Origin: Pseudomonadota bacterium
GTDB taxonomy: Bacteria > Pseudomonadota > Gammaproteobacteria > Xanthomonadales > Xanthomonadaceae
Reading direction: 5' to 3'
Assembly: GCA_018242445.1 (NCBI GenBank)
Contig: JAFEBW010000050.1
Location: 35,044 to 99,043 of the forward strand
DNA: 64,000 nt
The position numbers and the translations under genes were made by a program. The stretch's first letter is position 1. Each line of letters starts with the position of its first letter. This document shows positions 1 through 8,882 of this stretch, piece after piece. The notes under the pieces were generated by a model, which made no database searches, had not been told where the DNA came from, and worked only from the letters and a program-made list of their open reading frames with translations.

Positions 1-1
1 G

Positions 2-445
2 GGCCTGTTCGTGAAGACCGATCACCGCGAGGTGCTGCTGCGCACGCGCAGCCCGGTGGATCTGGCCGAGATCAGCTACGAGCGCCTGCTTACCCTGTTC
101 CAGGGCCCGCTGGCCACCGAATGCCCGCGGCTGATGTACGCGATCGCCTCGCAGCTGGCCAAGCGCCTGCTCGACACCAGCCGCAAGGCCAGCCGGCTGG
201 CCTTCATGGATGTGTCCGGCCGCATCCTGCGCACCTTGCTGGACCTGTGCGAGGAGCCCGAGGCGCTCAGCCATCCGGAAGGCACCCAGATCCGCGTCTC
301 CAGGCAGGAACTGGCGCGCATCGCCGGCTGCTCGCGCGAGATGGCCGGGCGCGTGCTCAAGCAGATGCAGGCCGACAAACTCTTGCACGCGCGCGGCAAG
401 ACCATCGTGATTTACCGGGCGACCCGCGAGGACGCCCGGCATTGA
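2..445 (+). CDS. clp: CRP/FNR-family transcriptional regulator, C-terminal part (Clp-like), 5' end outside the window
   Basis: The reading frame is open from the window edge. The C-terminal wHTH segment RVSRQELARIAGCSREMAGRVLKQMQADKLLHARGKTIVIY is typical of CRP/Clp DNA-binding domains. Confidence 0.85.
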   Translation, partial: GLFVKTDHREVLLRTRSPVDLAEISYERLLTLFQGPLATECPRLMYAIASQLAKRLLDTSRKASRLAFMDVSGRILRTLLDLCEEPEALSHPEGTQIRVSRQELARIAGCSREMAGRVLKQMQADKLLHARGKTIVIYRATREDARH

Positions 446-517
446 CCGCGCTGCGGAGGGGGGCGGTCGGTGGCCTGCGAAGCCGCATCGGAACAGGCGA
501 GTAGACTGCAAGCCACG

Positions 518-973
518 ATGCCTGCGCATGCCGCCCCGTTGATCCACATCCGCGCCGTGAAGAACGGCGACGCGCGCGACGTCGCCGCCCTGCTCACCCT
601 GCTCGGTTACCCATGCCAGAAAGGCGAAGCGCTGCAACGCATACGCGCCATCGCCGCCGAGTCCGACCAGTCCCTGCTGGTCGCCGAACGCAAGGGGCAG
701 GTCTGCGGCCTGCTGGCGCTGGATGCGATGTACTACCTGCCGCTGGGCGCGCGCACCTGCCGCATCACCGCACTGGCGGTGGCGGCCGATCATCAGGGAC
801 AGGGCATCGGCCGCGAACTGCTGCTGGCCGCCGAGAGCTGGGCGCGGCAGGCCGGCGCGCGCCGGATCGAGGCCACCAGCGCGGCGCACCGCGACCACGC
901 GCATGCGTTCTACCGCGCTTGCGGCTATTCCGAAGGCGCGCTGCGCTTCGTCAAGCACCTCGGGGATGCCTGA
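518..973 (+). CDS. GNAT-family N-acetyltransferase
   Basis: The acetyl-CoA binding-like segment VAADHQGQGIGRELL and the overall length (about 150 aa) fit the family. The ATG at 518 is preferred over the upstream ATG at 470. Confidence 0.75.
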   Translation: MPAHAAPLIHIRAVKNGDARDVAALLTLLGYPCQKGEALQRIRAIAAESDQSLLVAERKGQVCGLLALDAMYYLPLGARTCRITALAVAADHQGQGIGRELLLAAESWARQAGARRIEATSAAHRDHAHAFYRACGYSEGALRFVKHLGDA

Positions 974-1040
974 GCGCGCCTGCGGTCAACGAACATCGCG
1001 ACCGGCGCCACCCCGAGCAATGCAAAGAGCCTGCTGTTTT

Positions 1041-1064
1041 TCTCCCCCGCTTGCGGGGGAAGGA
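1041..1064. repeat. REP-like GC-rich palindrome (TCTCCCCCGCTTGCGGGGGAAGGA) in a convergent intergenic region
   Basis: The CCCCCGC/GCGGGGG inverted repeat is read directly. A near-identical core recurs at 62881-62904. Confidence 0.6.
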
Positions 1065-1112
1065 GCCAAGCCAGCCTATGCCGGGCGGGCAAGAGTCAGG
1101 CGTTCTTTCACG

Positions 1113-1907
1113 TCAAACCGCGAACAGTCCGCGCAACGCGGCTCCCGGATCGTCGGCGCGCATGAACGTTTCGCCGACGAGGAAGGCATGCACGCCGGCC
1201 GCGCGCAGGCGGGCCACGTCGGCACGGTTGGCGATGCCGCTCTCGGTGACGAGGATGCGGTCGGGCGGCACGCGTTCGCGCAAGGCCAGCGTCGTGTCGA
1301 GTGAAACATCGAACGTGCGCAAGTCGCGGTTGTTCACGCCGATCAAGCGCGCCGGCGCATCCAGCGCACGTTCCATTTCTTCTGCGTCGTGCGTCTCGAC
1401 CAGCACGTCGAGATCGAGTTCGGCGGCCAGCAGCGACAGTTCCAGCAGCGCCGCATCGTCCAGCGCGGCGACGATCAGCAGGATGCAGTCGGCGCCCAGC
1501 GCGCGCGCCTCATAGACCTGATACGGATCGATCACGAAATCCTTGCGCAGCACCGGCAGCGCGCAGGCTTCCCGCGCCTGTCGCAAATAGTCATCACAGC
1601 CCTGAAAGAAATCGACATCGGTCAGCACCGACAGACAGGCCGCGCCACCGGATTCGTAGCTGCGCGCGATCGCGGCCGGATCGAACTCCGCGCGGATCAC
1701 GCCCTTGCTCGGGCTGGCCTTCTTCACCTCGGCGATCACCGCGGCCCGCCCGTTGGCGACGCGCGCCTCGATGGCATCGGCGAAGCCGCGCGGCGGCGGC
1801 AAATCCTTGCTGCGCGCCACCAGTTCGGCCATGGGCACGCGCGCCGAGCGCTCGACGACTTCCCCGGCCTTGCGGGCGAGGATGCGACGCAGGATGTCCG
1901 CGCTCAT
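1113..1907 (-). CDS. trpC: indole-3-glycerol phosphate synthase
   Basis: The translation [17 protein letters not shown]...[10 protein letters not shown]...VLTD..FFQG...LRKDF is a full-length TrpC signature. The start at 1907 overlaps the upstream stop (ATGA). Confidence 0.95.
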   Translation of the reverse strand: MSADILRRILARKAGEVVERSARVPMAELVARSKDLPPPRGFADAIEARVANGRAAVIAEVKKASPSKGVIRAEFDPAAIARSYESGGAACLSVLTDVDFFQGCDDYLRQAREACALPVLRKDFVIDPYQVYEARALGADCILLIVAALDDAALLELSLLAAELDLDVLVETHDAEEMERALDAPARLIGVNNRDLRTFDVSLDTTLALRERVPPDRILVTESGIANRADVARLRAAGVHAFLVGETFMRADDPGAALRGLFAV

Positions 1908-2251
1908 CGATCCGCGCGTGGGCCGGCGAAGGCGCGTTCGACCCTGGCCACGCGCAGCTCGAAGTGCTCGTACCACTCCAGCCGACCGCGCTTGCGCACC
2001 TCGGTGTGCTCGGCGTTGAACTTCCATGCCTGGATCGCCGCCTCGCTTTCCCAGTAGCTCACGGTGATGCCGAAGCCATCGGCATTGCGCGCGGTTTCCA
2101 CGCCGAGAAAACCCGGTTGCGTGGCCGCCAGCTCCAACATGCGCTCGGATGCCTCGTAATAACCGAGCGGATCGGCGTCGGTGCGCTGGCTGGCGAAGAT
2201 CACCGCGTAGTACGGCGGCTCGGGCGTGGTGGCGAAGGATTCACTGCTCAT
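1904..2251 (-). CDS. antibiotic biosynthesis monooxygenase (ABM)-domain protein inserted between trpD and trpC
   Basis: The 115-aa product has the ABM-like core YYAVIFASQ...GFLGVE...[15 protein letters not shown]. Its stop overlaps the trpC start by 4 nt. Confidence 0.7.
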   Translation of the reverse strand: MSSESFATTPEPPYYAVIFASQRTDADPLGYYEASERMLELAATQPGFLGVETARNADGFGITVSYWESEAAIQAWKFNAEHTEVRKRGRLEWYEHFELRVARVERAFAGPRADR

Positions 2252-2303
2252 GCTCTCTCCCCGGAATGGCGTGGCGACATCGTCGGCGTGGTCGCAAAGC
2301 GTA

Positions 2304-3344
2304 TCAGGACGCTTCAGCGAGCGAACGGGTCGTGGCGACGAATTCGTCGAGCTTGCGTCGCGCCGCGCCGCTGGCCAGCGCCTGCCGCGCCAGCGCGATG
2401 CCGTGGCCGATGTCGGCGGCCACGTCGGCCGCATACAGCGCGGCACCCGCATTCAGGGCGACGATCTCGCGCGGCAGCCCCGGGGTGTCGGCGAGCGCGG
2501 CGAGCAACAGCGCCTTCGACTCGTTCGCATCGGCCACGCGCAGGTTGCGGCTGGCGGCCATGGCGATGCCGAAGTCCTCCGGGTGCACCTCGTACTCGCG
2601 CACCACGCCATCGCGCAATTCGGCGACCAGCGTGGCCGCGCCCAGCGAGATCTCGTCCATGCCGTCGCGCCCCCACACCACCAGCGCATGCCGCGCGCCC
2701 AGGCGCTGCAGCACGCGGGCCTGGATGCCGACCAGATCGGGATGGAACACGCCCATCAGGATGTTCGGCGCACCCGCCGGGTTGGCGAGCGGGCCGAGGA
2801 TGTTGAACAGCGTGCGCACGCCCAGCTCGCGGCGCACCGCGGCGACATGTTTCATCGCCGGATGGTGGTTGGGCGCGAACATGAAGGCCATCCCGGTACG
2901 CGCGAGGCACTGCGCGACCTGTGCCGGTTGCAGGTCGATGCGCGCGCCGAGGGCTTCCAGCACGTCCGCGCTGCCGGACTTCGACGACACCCCGCGATTG
3001 CCATGCTTGGCGACCTTCGCGCCGGCGGAGGCGACCACGAACATGCTGGCGGTGGAAATATTGAAGGTGTTGGAACCATCGCCGCCGGTGCCGACGATGT
3101 CCACGAAGGGCGTGCCGTCGTCAGGCACATCGACTTTGGTCGCGAACTCGCGCAGCACACTCGCCGCGCCGGCGATCTCGCCGATGGTCTCCTTCTTCAC
3201 CCGCAGCCCGACGAGGATCGCCGCGACCAGCGTGGGCGAAACCTCCCCGCGCATGATCTGGCGCATCAGATCCACCATCTCGTCGTGGAAGATCTCGCGG
3301 TGCTCGATGGTGCGCTGGAGGGCTTCTTGCGGGGTGATGGGCAT
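2304..3344 (-). CDS. trpD: anthranilate phosphoribosyltransferase
   Basis: Full-length TrpD with the motifs [17 protein letters not shown] and [20 protein letters not shown]. Confidence 0.95.
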   Translation of the reverse strand: MPITPQEALQRTIEHREIFHDEMVDLMRQIMRGEVSPTLVAAILVGLRVKKETIGEIAGAASVLREFATKVDVPDDGTPFVDIVGTGGDGSNTFNISTASMFVVASAGAKVAKHGNRGVSSKSGSADVLEALGARIDLQPAQVAQCLARTGMAFMFAPNHHPAMKHVAAVRRELGVRTLFNILGPLANPAGAPNILMGVFHPDLVGIQARVLQRLGARHALVVWGRDGMDEISLGAATLVAELRDGVVREYEVHPEDFGIAMAASRNLRVADANESKALLLAALADTPGLPREIVALNAGAALYAADVAADIGHGIALARQALASGAARRKLDEFVATTRSLAEAS

Positions 3345-3350
3345 GGGGCC

Positions 3351-3470
3351 GGGAATCGGGAATGGGGAATGGGGAATCGGAAAGACAGGCAGTGGGAATC
3401 GGCGGGATCCGGCGGTGGGAGTACTCGCTTCGGCTTCTACGATTCCCGATTCCCGATTCCCGATTCCCGG
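3351..3470. repeat. inverted arrays of tandem heptamers, (GGGAATC/G)x4 facing (GATTCCC)x4 with a roughly 60-nt loop, at the trpG/trpD junction
   Basis: Read directly. GGGAATC GGGAATG GGGAATG GGGAATC lies at 3351-3378 and GATTCCC x4 at 3441-3468. An extra GGGAATC lies in the loop at 3394-3400. Confidence 0.9.
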
Positions 3471-4045
3471 CCTTCAAGAAAATTCCCCAACAGCGCATGC
3501 CCGTGCTGGGTCAGGATCGACTCGGGATGGAACTGCACGCCCTCGATGCGCAGCTCGCGGTGGCGCAGGCCCATGATGGCCTCGATCTCGCCGTCGCCAT
3601 CCTGCGTCCACGCGGTGACCTCGAGGCAATCGGGCAGCGACTCGCGCTCGACCACCAGCGAGTGATAGCGCGTGGCCTCGAAGGGCGCTGGCAGGCCGGC
3701 GAACACGCCCTTGCCATCGTGGTGCACCGGCGAGGTCTTGCCGTGCATGATGTTCCCGGCACGCACCACCCTGCCGCCGAAGGCCTGCCCCAGCGACTGG
3801 TGGCCGAGGCACACGCCGAGGATCGGGATGCGCCCACCGAGTTGCGTGAGCACATCCAGCGACACCCCGGCATCGTCGGGTGTGCCCGGCCCGGGCGAGA
3901 TCACGATGTGCGATGGCGCGAGCGCCTCGATGCCGGCCACGTCCAGCGCATCGTTGCGCACCACCCGCACCTCCTGCCCCAGCTCGCCGAAGTACTGCAC
4001 GAGGTTGTAGGTGAAGGAGTCGTAGTTGTCGATCATCAGCAGCAT
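3437..4045 (-). CDS. trpG: anthranilate synthase component II (glutamine amidotransferase)
   Basis: [19 protein letters not shown]...GVCLGHQ...HGK...QFHPES is the class-I GATase triad region. The last 10 codons ([10 protein letters not shown]) are encoded by the heptamer array. Confidence 0.95.
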   Translation of the reverse strand: MLLMIDNYDSFTYNLVQYFGELGQEVRVVRNDALDVAGIEALAPSHIVISPGPGTPDDAGVSLDVLTQLGGRIPILGVCLGHQSLGQAFGGRVVRAGNIMHGKTSPVHHDGKGVFAGLPAPFEATRYHSLVVERESLPDCLEVTAWTQDGDGEIEAIMGLRHRELRIEGVQFHPESILTQHGHALLGNFLEGRESGIGNRES

Positions 4046-4048
4046 AAA

Positions 4049-4182
4049 CGACGTATCCGTCTGTTTTTCAAGGGATGCCAGGCGGCATGTTGGTCGCGAT
4101 ACCCGCATGGATACCCGCAATTTCGCTGGGTACCTCACACAGGCGTCCAGACCACGTCGGCGAGCCATTTTGGCACGTATCC
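4049..4182. promoter_or_regulatory. cluster of GGATAC/GTATCC hexamers including a tandem GATACCCGCA direct repeat (possible operator region)
   Basis: ACGTATCC occurs at 4051-4058 and 4175-4182. GATACCCGCA occurs at 4098-4107 and 4110-4119, and GGGTACC at 4128-4134. The region lies between the trpG start and the island HTH gene. Confidence 0.25.
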
Positions 4183-4327
4183 ACAAGCCGCCAAATAACG
4201 CCAGAGGCCTCCGTAATACCCGGAACCGCTGGGGCGATCTGTCGCAGCCCGGTCGCGCCTCAAACGAAGTTGCGCCAGAACTGGCTAGACTTGGCAAGCT
4301 GAAGCCTACAGGGGGCAGAGCTGCACC

Positions 4328-4537
4328 ATGACCGCAAGCGACGGAGACATCCTCACGCTCGATGAGGTGGCCGCCTATTTGAAGGCCGGCAAGCGCACGG
4401 TGTACCGGTTCGCGCAAAACGGCGAACTCCCCGCCTTCAAGCTCGGCGGCACCTGGCGGTTCCGTCGCTCCGAGCTCGAGCGCTGGATCGACGCCAACAG
4501 CAACCAGCACAAATCGACAGGCAAGGGACGCCGCTGA
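4328..4537 (+). CDS. small helix-turn-helix DNA-binding protein (excisionase/MerR-like HTH)
   Basis: [46 protein letters not shown] is the typical excisionase-family HTH. The stop overlaps the helicase ATG (TGATG). Confidence 0.8.
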   Translation: MTASDGDILTLDEVAAYLKAGKRTVYRFAQNGELPAFKLGGTWRFRRSELERWIDANSNQHKSTGKGRR

Positions 4538-7500
4538 TGGAACTCCTCGACAACATCAGCCACCTGTTCGGCGACGATCTCAAGCAGGCGCTCACGTCCG
4601 GGGCCAAGCTCAAGGTCGCCGCCTCCTGCTTCTCGATGTACGCCTACGAGGCGTTGAAAGCCGAGCTGGAGCAGATCGACGAACTGCAGTTCATCTTCAC
4701 CGCACCCACGTTCGTTGCCGACGAAGTCACCGACCAGGTGAAACGCGAACGGCGCGAATTCCATATCCCCAAGCTGGATCGCGAGCGCAGCCTCTACGGC
4801 AGCGAGTTCGAGATACAACTGCGCAACAAACTCACCCAGCGCGCCATCGCCCGCGAGTGCGCCGACTGGCTGCGGCGCAAGGCGAAGTTCCGCAGCAACC
4901 GCAGCAAGGCCCCCATGCAGCAGTTTGCCGGCGTCCAGGACGCTGCAACGGCAACGGCATACATGCCACTGCACGGCTTCACCGCGGTTGATCTTGGCTA
5001 CCAGCAAGGCAACGCCGTCTCCAACTTCGTCAACAAGATCGGCGAGCCCACCTACGCCACGCAGTACCTGAACCTGTTCGAGCAGATCTGGAACGACGCG
5101 GAGAAGCTTGAAGACGTCACGGCGCAAATCTGCCAGCACATCGCTTCCGTGTACCAGGAGAACGCACCGGAGAGCGTCTACTTCCTGATGCTCTACAACA
5201 TCTTCAACGAGTTCTTGGGCGACCTCGACGAAGACGTGCTGCCCAACGACCGCACGGGCTACCAGGACACGCTGGTCTGGAACAAGCTCTTCAACTACCA
5301 GCGTGATGCCGCCACCGGCATCATCAACAAGCTGGAGACCTACAGCGGCTGCATCCTCGCCGACAGCGTGGGCCTGGGAAAAACCTTCACGGCGCTGGCC
5401 GTCATCAAGTATTACGAGCTGCGCAACAAGTCGGTGCTTGTGCTCTGCCCCAAGAAGCTGGCGGACAACTGGCTCAACTACAACCGTAACCTGAAGACCA
5501 ACCTGTTCGCCAAGGATCGTTTCAGCTACGACGTGCTTTGCCACACCGATCTGAGCCGCACCAGCGGCGAATCCTTCGGCACCCCACTCAACCGCATCAA
5601 CTGGGGCAACTACGACCTGGTGGTGATCGACGAGTCGCACAACTTCCGAAACAACGATGCCGTGAAGGAGCGCGAGACCCGCTACCAGAAGTTGATGCGC
5701 AAGGTGATTCGCGAGGGCGTCAAGACCAAGGTGCTGATGCTCTCGGCTACGCCGGTCAACAACCGCTTCAACGACCTGCGTAACCAGCTTGCATTGGCCT
5801 ACGAAGGCGACTCGGAGAACCTCAACAAGAAGCTTCGCACCAGCAAGTCGGTCGAAGAGGTGTTCCGCAACGCGCAGCGGGCTTTCAACACCTGGTCGCA
5901 GCTGCCACCGGAGCAGCGCACGCCGCGCGCCATCCTCGACGCGCTGGACTTCGATTTCTTCGAGCTCTTGGACAGCGTCACCATCGCGCGCTCGCGCAAG
6001 CACATCCAGACGTTCTACGACACCCGCGACATCGGCCCTTTCCCGGAGCGCCGCAAGCCACTGTCGTTCCACTGCCCGCTGACCACGCGGGTGGATGTCA
6101 TGAGCTTCAACGACATTTTCGAGCAGCTCGCCAAGCTCAACCTCGCGATCTACGCGCCGCTCAGCTACATCCTTCCCAGCCGCATCAAGAAGTACGAGGA
6201 CATGTACGACACCCAGGTATCGGGTGGCGGCGGCGCGTTGCGCCAGATAGACCGCGAACAAAGCCTGAAGAAGCTGCTCACCGTCAACCTGCTCAAACGC
6301 CTGGAAAGCTCGGTCGCCGCCTTCCGGCTGACCTTGAAGATGTTGCAAGGCAACCACCAGCACACACTCGGCAAGGTCGAAGCATTCGGAACAAGCGGCG
6401 GCAAAGGCAGCATCACCGACCACACGGCGGCACTCGACAGCCTGGACGCGGAAGACGACGACTGGCTGGACGCCGACGGCAGCGACTTCAACGTAGGCGG
6501 CAAGATCAAGATCGACCTGGCCGACATGGATTTGCCGCGCTGGCAGTTCGACCTTGAGCGCGACCGCGATGTGATCGCCACGCTCTTCGCGGAGATGGAG
6601 AAGATCACGCCAGCGGATGACACCAAGCTCCAGCATCTGAAAGCACTTGTGCAGGGAAAGATCGCCCAGCCGATCAACCCCGGCAACAAGAAGGTGTTGA
6701 TCTTCACCGCCTTCGCCGACACCGCCGACTACCTCTACGCCAACCTGGCACCCGAGCTATGGGCCAACCATGGCCTGCACAGTGCCGAGGTGACTGGCAG
6801 CACGCGACCCAAGTCCACCCTTGCCACGAAGTACGACTTCCAGGAACTGCTGACGTTGTTCTCGCCACGGGCCAAGGAAAAAGCCGTGGTATTGCCGCAA
6901 GAGCCGGCAGAAATCGACCTGCTCATCGGCACGGACTGCATCTCCGAAGGCCAGAACCTGCAGGACTGCGACTACCTGGTCAACTACGACATCCACTGGA
7001 ACCCGGTGCGCATCATCCAGCGCTTCGGCCGCATCGACCGCATCGGCTCGCCAAACGCCAGCATCCAATTGGTGAACTACTGGCCCGACATCTCGCTGGA
7101 CGAATACATCAACCTCAAGGAACGCGTCGAAAGCCGCATGACCATCGTCGACGTCACCGCCACCGGCGACGACAACGTGCTCTCGGCCCAGGCCAACGAC
7201 GTCGCCTATCGCAAGGAACAACTGCGGCGCCTGCAGGAAGAAGTGATCGAACTCGAAGACCTCAAGGCCGGCGTGTCGATCACCGACCTTGGCCTCAACG
7301 ACTTCCGCATGGATTTGCTGAACTACGTGAAGGCACATGGCGAGCTGAAGAGTGCCCCGAACGGCCTGCATGCCGTGGTACCTGCCAACACCCAGCTTGG
7401 CTTGCCGCCCGGCGTGCTCTTCACCCTGCGCAATCGCAATGCGGGTATCAACCCGGAAGCCAACCAACCCCACCACAACCGCCTGCACCCGTACTACCTG

Positions 7501-7830
7501 ATCTATATCGGGCGCGACGGTAACGTCGTCCACGACCAGACCGAAGTGAAGCGTTTGCTCGACCTGGCTCGCACTGCCTGCAAGGGGAAGAGCGAGCCTT
7601 GCCTCCCGCTGTGCGAGCAGTTCAACCGCGAGACGTCAGACGGCCGCAACATGCAGGCCTACTCGGATCTGCTGGGCAAGGCCATCCGCTCGATGATCGA
7701 CGTCAAGGAAGAGCGCGACATCGACAGCCTGTTCTCGGGCGGCAAGACCACGGCGCTGACCCAGACCATCGCCGGGCTGGACGACTTCGAGCTGATTGCC
7801 TTCCTCGTAATAGTGAGTGGTGAAAAGTGA
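4537..7830 (+). CDS. SNF2-family helicase with an N-terminal extension of about 270 aa (PLD-like architecture suspected, no HxK motif seen)
   Basis: Helicase motifs are ADSVGLGKT (I), [10 protein letters not shown] (II), MLSATPVNN (III) and [39 protein letters not shown] (V/VI). The stop TGA at 7828-7830 lies inside the heptamer arm. Confidence 0.9.
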   Translation: MELLDNISHLFGDDLKQALTSGAKLKVAASCFSMYAYEALKAELEQIDELQFIFTAPTFVADEVTDQVKRERREFHIPKLDRERSLYGSEFEIQLRNKLTQRAIARECADWLRRKAKFRSNRSKAPMQQFAGVQDAATATAYMPLHGFTAVDLGYQQGNAVSNFVNKIGEPTYATQYLNLFEQIWNDAEKLEDVTAQICQHIASVYQENAPESVYFLMLYNIFNEFLGDLDEDVLPNDRTGYQDTLVWNKLFNYQRDAATGIINKLETYSGCILADSVGLGKTFTALAVIKYYELRNKSVLVLCPKKLADNWLNYNRNLKTNLFAKDRFSYDVLCHTDLSRTSGESFGTPLNRINWGNYDLVVIDESHNFRNNDAVKERETRYQKLMRKVIREGVKTKVLMLSATPVNNRFNDLRNQLALAYEGDSENLNKKLRTSKSVEEVFRNAQRAFNTWSQLPPEQRTPRAILDALDFDFFELLDSVTIARSRKHIQTFYDTRDIGPFPERRKPLSFHCPLTTRVDVMSFNDIFEQLAKLNLAIYAPLSYILPSRIKKYEDMYDTQVSGGGGALRQIDREQSLKKLLTVNLLKRLESSVAAFRLTLKMLQGNHQHTLGKVEAFGTSGGKGSITDHTAALDSLDAEDDDWLDADGSDFNVGGKIKIDLADMDLPRWQFDLERDRDVIATLFAEMEKITPADDTKLQHLKALVQGKIAQPINPGNKKVLIFTAFADTADYLYANLAPELWANHGLHSAEVTGSTRPKSTLATKYDFQELLTLFSPRAKEKAVVLPQEPAEIDLLIGTDCISEGQNLQDCDYLVNYDIHWNPVRIIQRFGRIDRIGSPNASIQLVNYWPDISLDEYINLKERVESRMTIVDVTATGDDNVLSAQANDVAYRKEQLRRLQEEVIELEDLKAGVSITDLGLNDFRMDLLNYVKAHGELKSAPNGLHAVVPANTQLGLPPGVLFTLRNRNAGINPEANQPHHNRLHPYYLIYIGRDGNVVHDQTEVKRLLDLARTACKGKSEPCLPLCEQFNRETSDGRNMQAYSDLLGKAIRSMIDVKEERDIDSLFSGGKTTALTQTIAGLDDFELIAFLVIVSGEK

Positions 7831-8241
7831 AGAGTGAGATGGTGAGCGACATCAGGGAGCGGACGTTTGGTTTTGCCACGCGGGTGGTGAGGCTGTGCCA
7901 AAAGCTGGATGCCGCACCGGGAGTATCGCGGACGGTGGCAAACCAGTTGTTGCGTTCGGGCGCCTCCATCGGAGCCAACGTGGAAGAGGCGCATGGCAGT
8001 CAGAGCAAGGCCGATTTCACCGCAAAAATGTACATCGCCTGCAAGGAGTCCCGCGAAACGCACTACTGGCTGCGCCTGCTGGTCGCCACAGACATCGTCC
8101 CAGAAGCCAAGCTCGCCCCGTTACTCGACGAGTCCAATCAGCTCATCGCCATCCTGACCGCGATCGTGAAGACCGCCCGAAATGGTCGCGCCCCTCATGC
8201 CTGACCATTTCACTTCTCACCCTTCACTCTTCACTTTTCCC
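7809..8241 (+). mobile_element. cassette made of a purine-rich heptamer arm, a four-helix-bundle gene and a pyrimidine-rich heptamer arm, inserted at the helicase/DUF4391 junction
   Basis: The left arm is AATAGTGAGTGGTGAAAAGTGAAGAGTGAGATGGTGAG (7809-7846). The right arm is CCATTTCACTTCTCACCCTTCACTCTTCACTTTTCCC (8205-8241) and is its approximate reverse complement. The mobile nature is inferred. Confidence 0.5.
7839..8204 (+). CDS. four-helix-bundle protein (23S rRNA intervening-sequence protein family)
   Basis: ANQLLRSGASIGANVEEAHGSQSKADFTAKMYIACKESRETHYWLRLL matches the family core (xQLxRSxxSIxANIxEGxxxxSxxDFxxxLxIAxxSxxEtxyWL). The ATG at 7839 is preferred to the GTG at 7827. Confidence 0.85.
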   Translation: MVSDIRERTFGFATRVVRLCQKLDAAPGVSRTVANQLLRSGASIGANVEEAHGSQSKADFTAKMYIACKESRETHYWLRLLVATDIVPEAKLAPLLDESNQLIAILTAIVKTARNGRAPHA

Positions 8242-8880
8242 AAAAGCTCCGCTTTTGGGAAAGTTCTGCCCAAGGCCAAGCTTTACGAGCACGGCAGTGT
8301 CGGAACGCGCCTCAAAGGCCTCTTCACCGAGCAGGTCGAACAGATCGTCTGGCAGTACAAGCTGGCGCCGGAGACGATCAACCTGCCAGCATCGCCCGGC
8401 GTGCCGGAGATCCAGGTCTTCAGCGTGCGACTCCGGGCACCCGAGTTGCATCATGACGTGCTTCGCGGCATGGACAGCGCTATCGCGTTCCCGATCCTCT
8501 TCGAACTGAACTTCGAGGATCGCATCCAGGTCGTCGCTGCCTACAAGCGCCCCAGCGAGGCCGACGCTTCCCGCTGGGTACGCTCCGACTACTTCGCCTC
8601 GGAGTGGCTGCCCACAAGCAGCCCACGCAAGGCCATGCCCACCGCATTGAGCTTGGGCAATCTGTACCAGCAGGTGTTGTCGGCGCTGATCGCCCTACCT
8701 GCCCGGCCAAGCGAGTCTCTGCCCGCATTGGTCGAACGCGCCAGCCAGGTGCAGGCGCTCCGCCATGAGCTGCACAAGGTCGTCTCAAGGCTTGAGAAGG
8801 AAAAGCAGTTCAATCGCAGGGTAGAGATCAATGCGTCGGTGCGAGAGTTGAAGCACAACCTGAAATTGCTGGAGGGATAG
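8197..8880 (+). CDS. DUF4391 domain protein
   Basis: The N-terminus is [19 protein letters not shown]. The length of about 228 aa and the position next to an SNF2 helicase and a methyltransferase are typical of DUF4391. The start is uncertain (8182 or 8197), and both candidates lie inside the cassette. Confidence 0.75.
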   Translation: MPDHFTSHPSLFTFPKSSAFGKVLPKAKLYEHGSVGTRLKGLFTEQVEQIVWQYKLAPETINLPASPGVPEIQVFSVRLRAPELHHDVLRGMDSAIAFPILFELNFEDRIQVVAAYKRPSEADASRWVRSDYFASEWLPTSSPRKAMPTALSLGNLYQQVLSALIALPARPSESLPALVERASQVQALRHELHKVVSRLEKEKQFNRRVEINASVRELKHNLKLLEG

Positions 8881-8882
8881 CC

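Noticed and set aside
3351-3470. Whether the tandem heptamer arrays (here and at 26532-26675) are a CRISPR array.
   Set aside because: The repeat unit is only 7 nt and directly tandem with no spacers. The two blocks are inverted relative to each other and no cas genes are present. This is a hairpin-forming repeat element and not a CRISPR array.
1301-3665. Several 470-500-aa plus-strand ORFs (1301-2806, 2149-3576, 2226-3665) overlapping trpC, trpD and trpG.
   Set aside because: Their Arg/Pro/Ala-rich translations are typical of out-of-frame or antisense reading in high-GC DNA. The minus strand encodes full-length TrpC, TrpD and TrpG.
4046-4327. Possible tRNA, att site or integrase remnant marking the left island boundary. 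The right boundary at 17131-17217 was checked as well.
   Set aside because: I could fold no cloverleaf-like sequence by eye. I saw no direct repeat shared by the two boundaries and no recombinase ORF anywhere in 4046-17217. The mode of acquisition remains unknown.
4375-6636. 753-aa ORF on the minus strand opposite the SNF2 helicase gene. Similar long antisense ORFs lie at 8589-10298, 12113-13375, 14023-14829 and 15442-16773.
   Set aside because: These are shadow ORFs of well-supported plus-strand genes. Their translations are low-complexity (Val/Leu/Ala/Gly/Arg-rich) with no recognisable motifs, whereas the opposite strand carries complete helicase, DUF2130, AlbA_2 and Res signatures.
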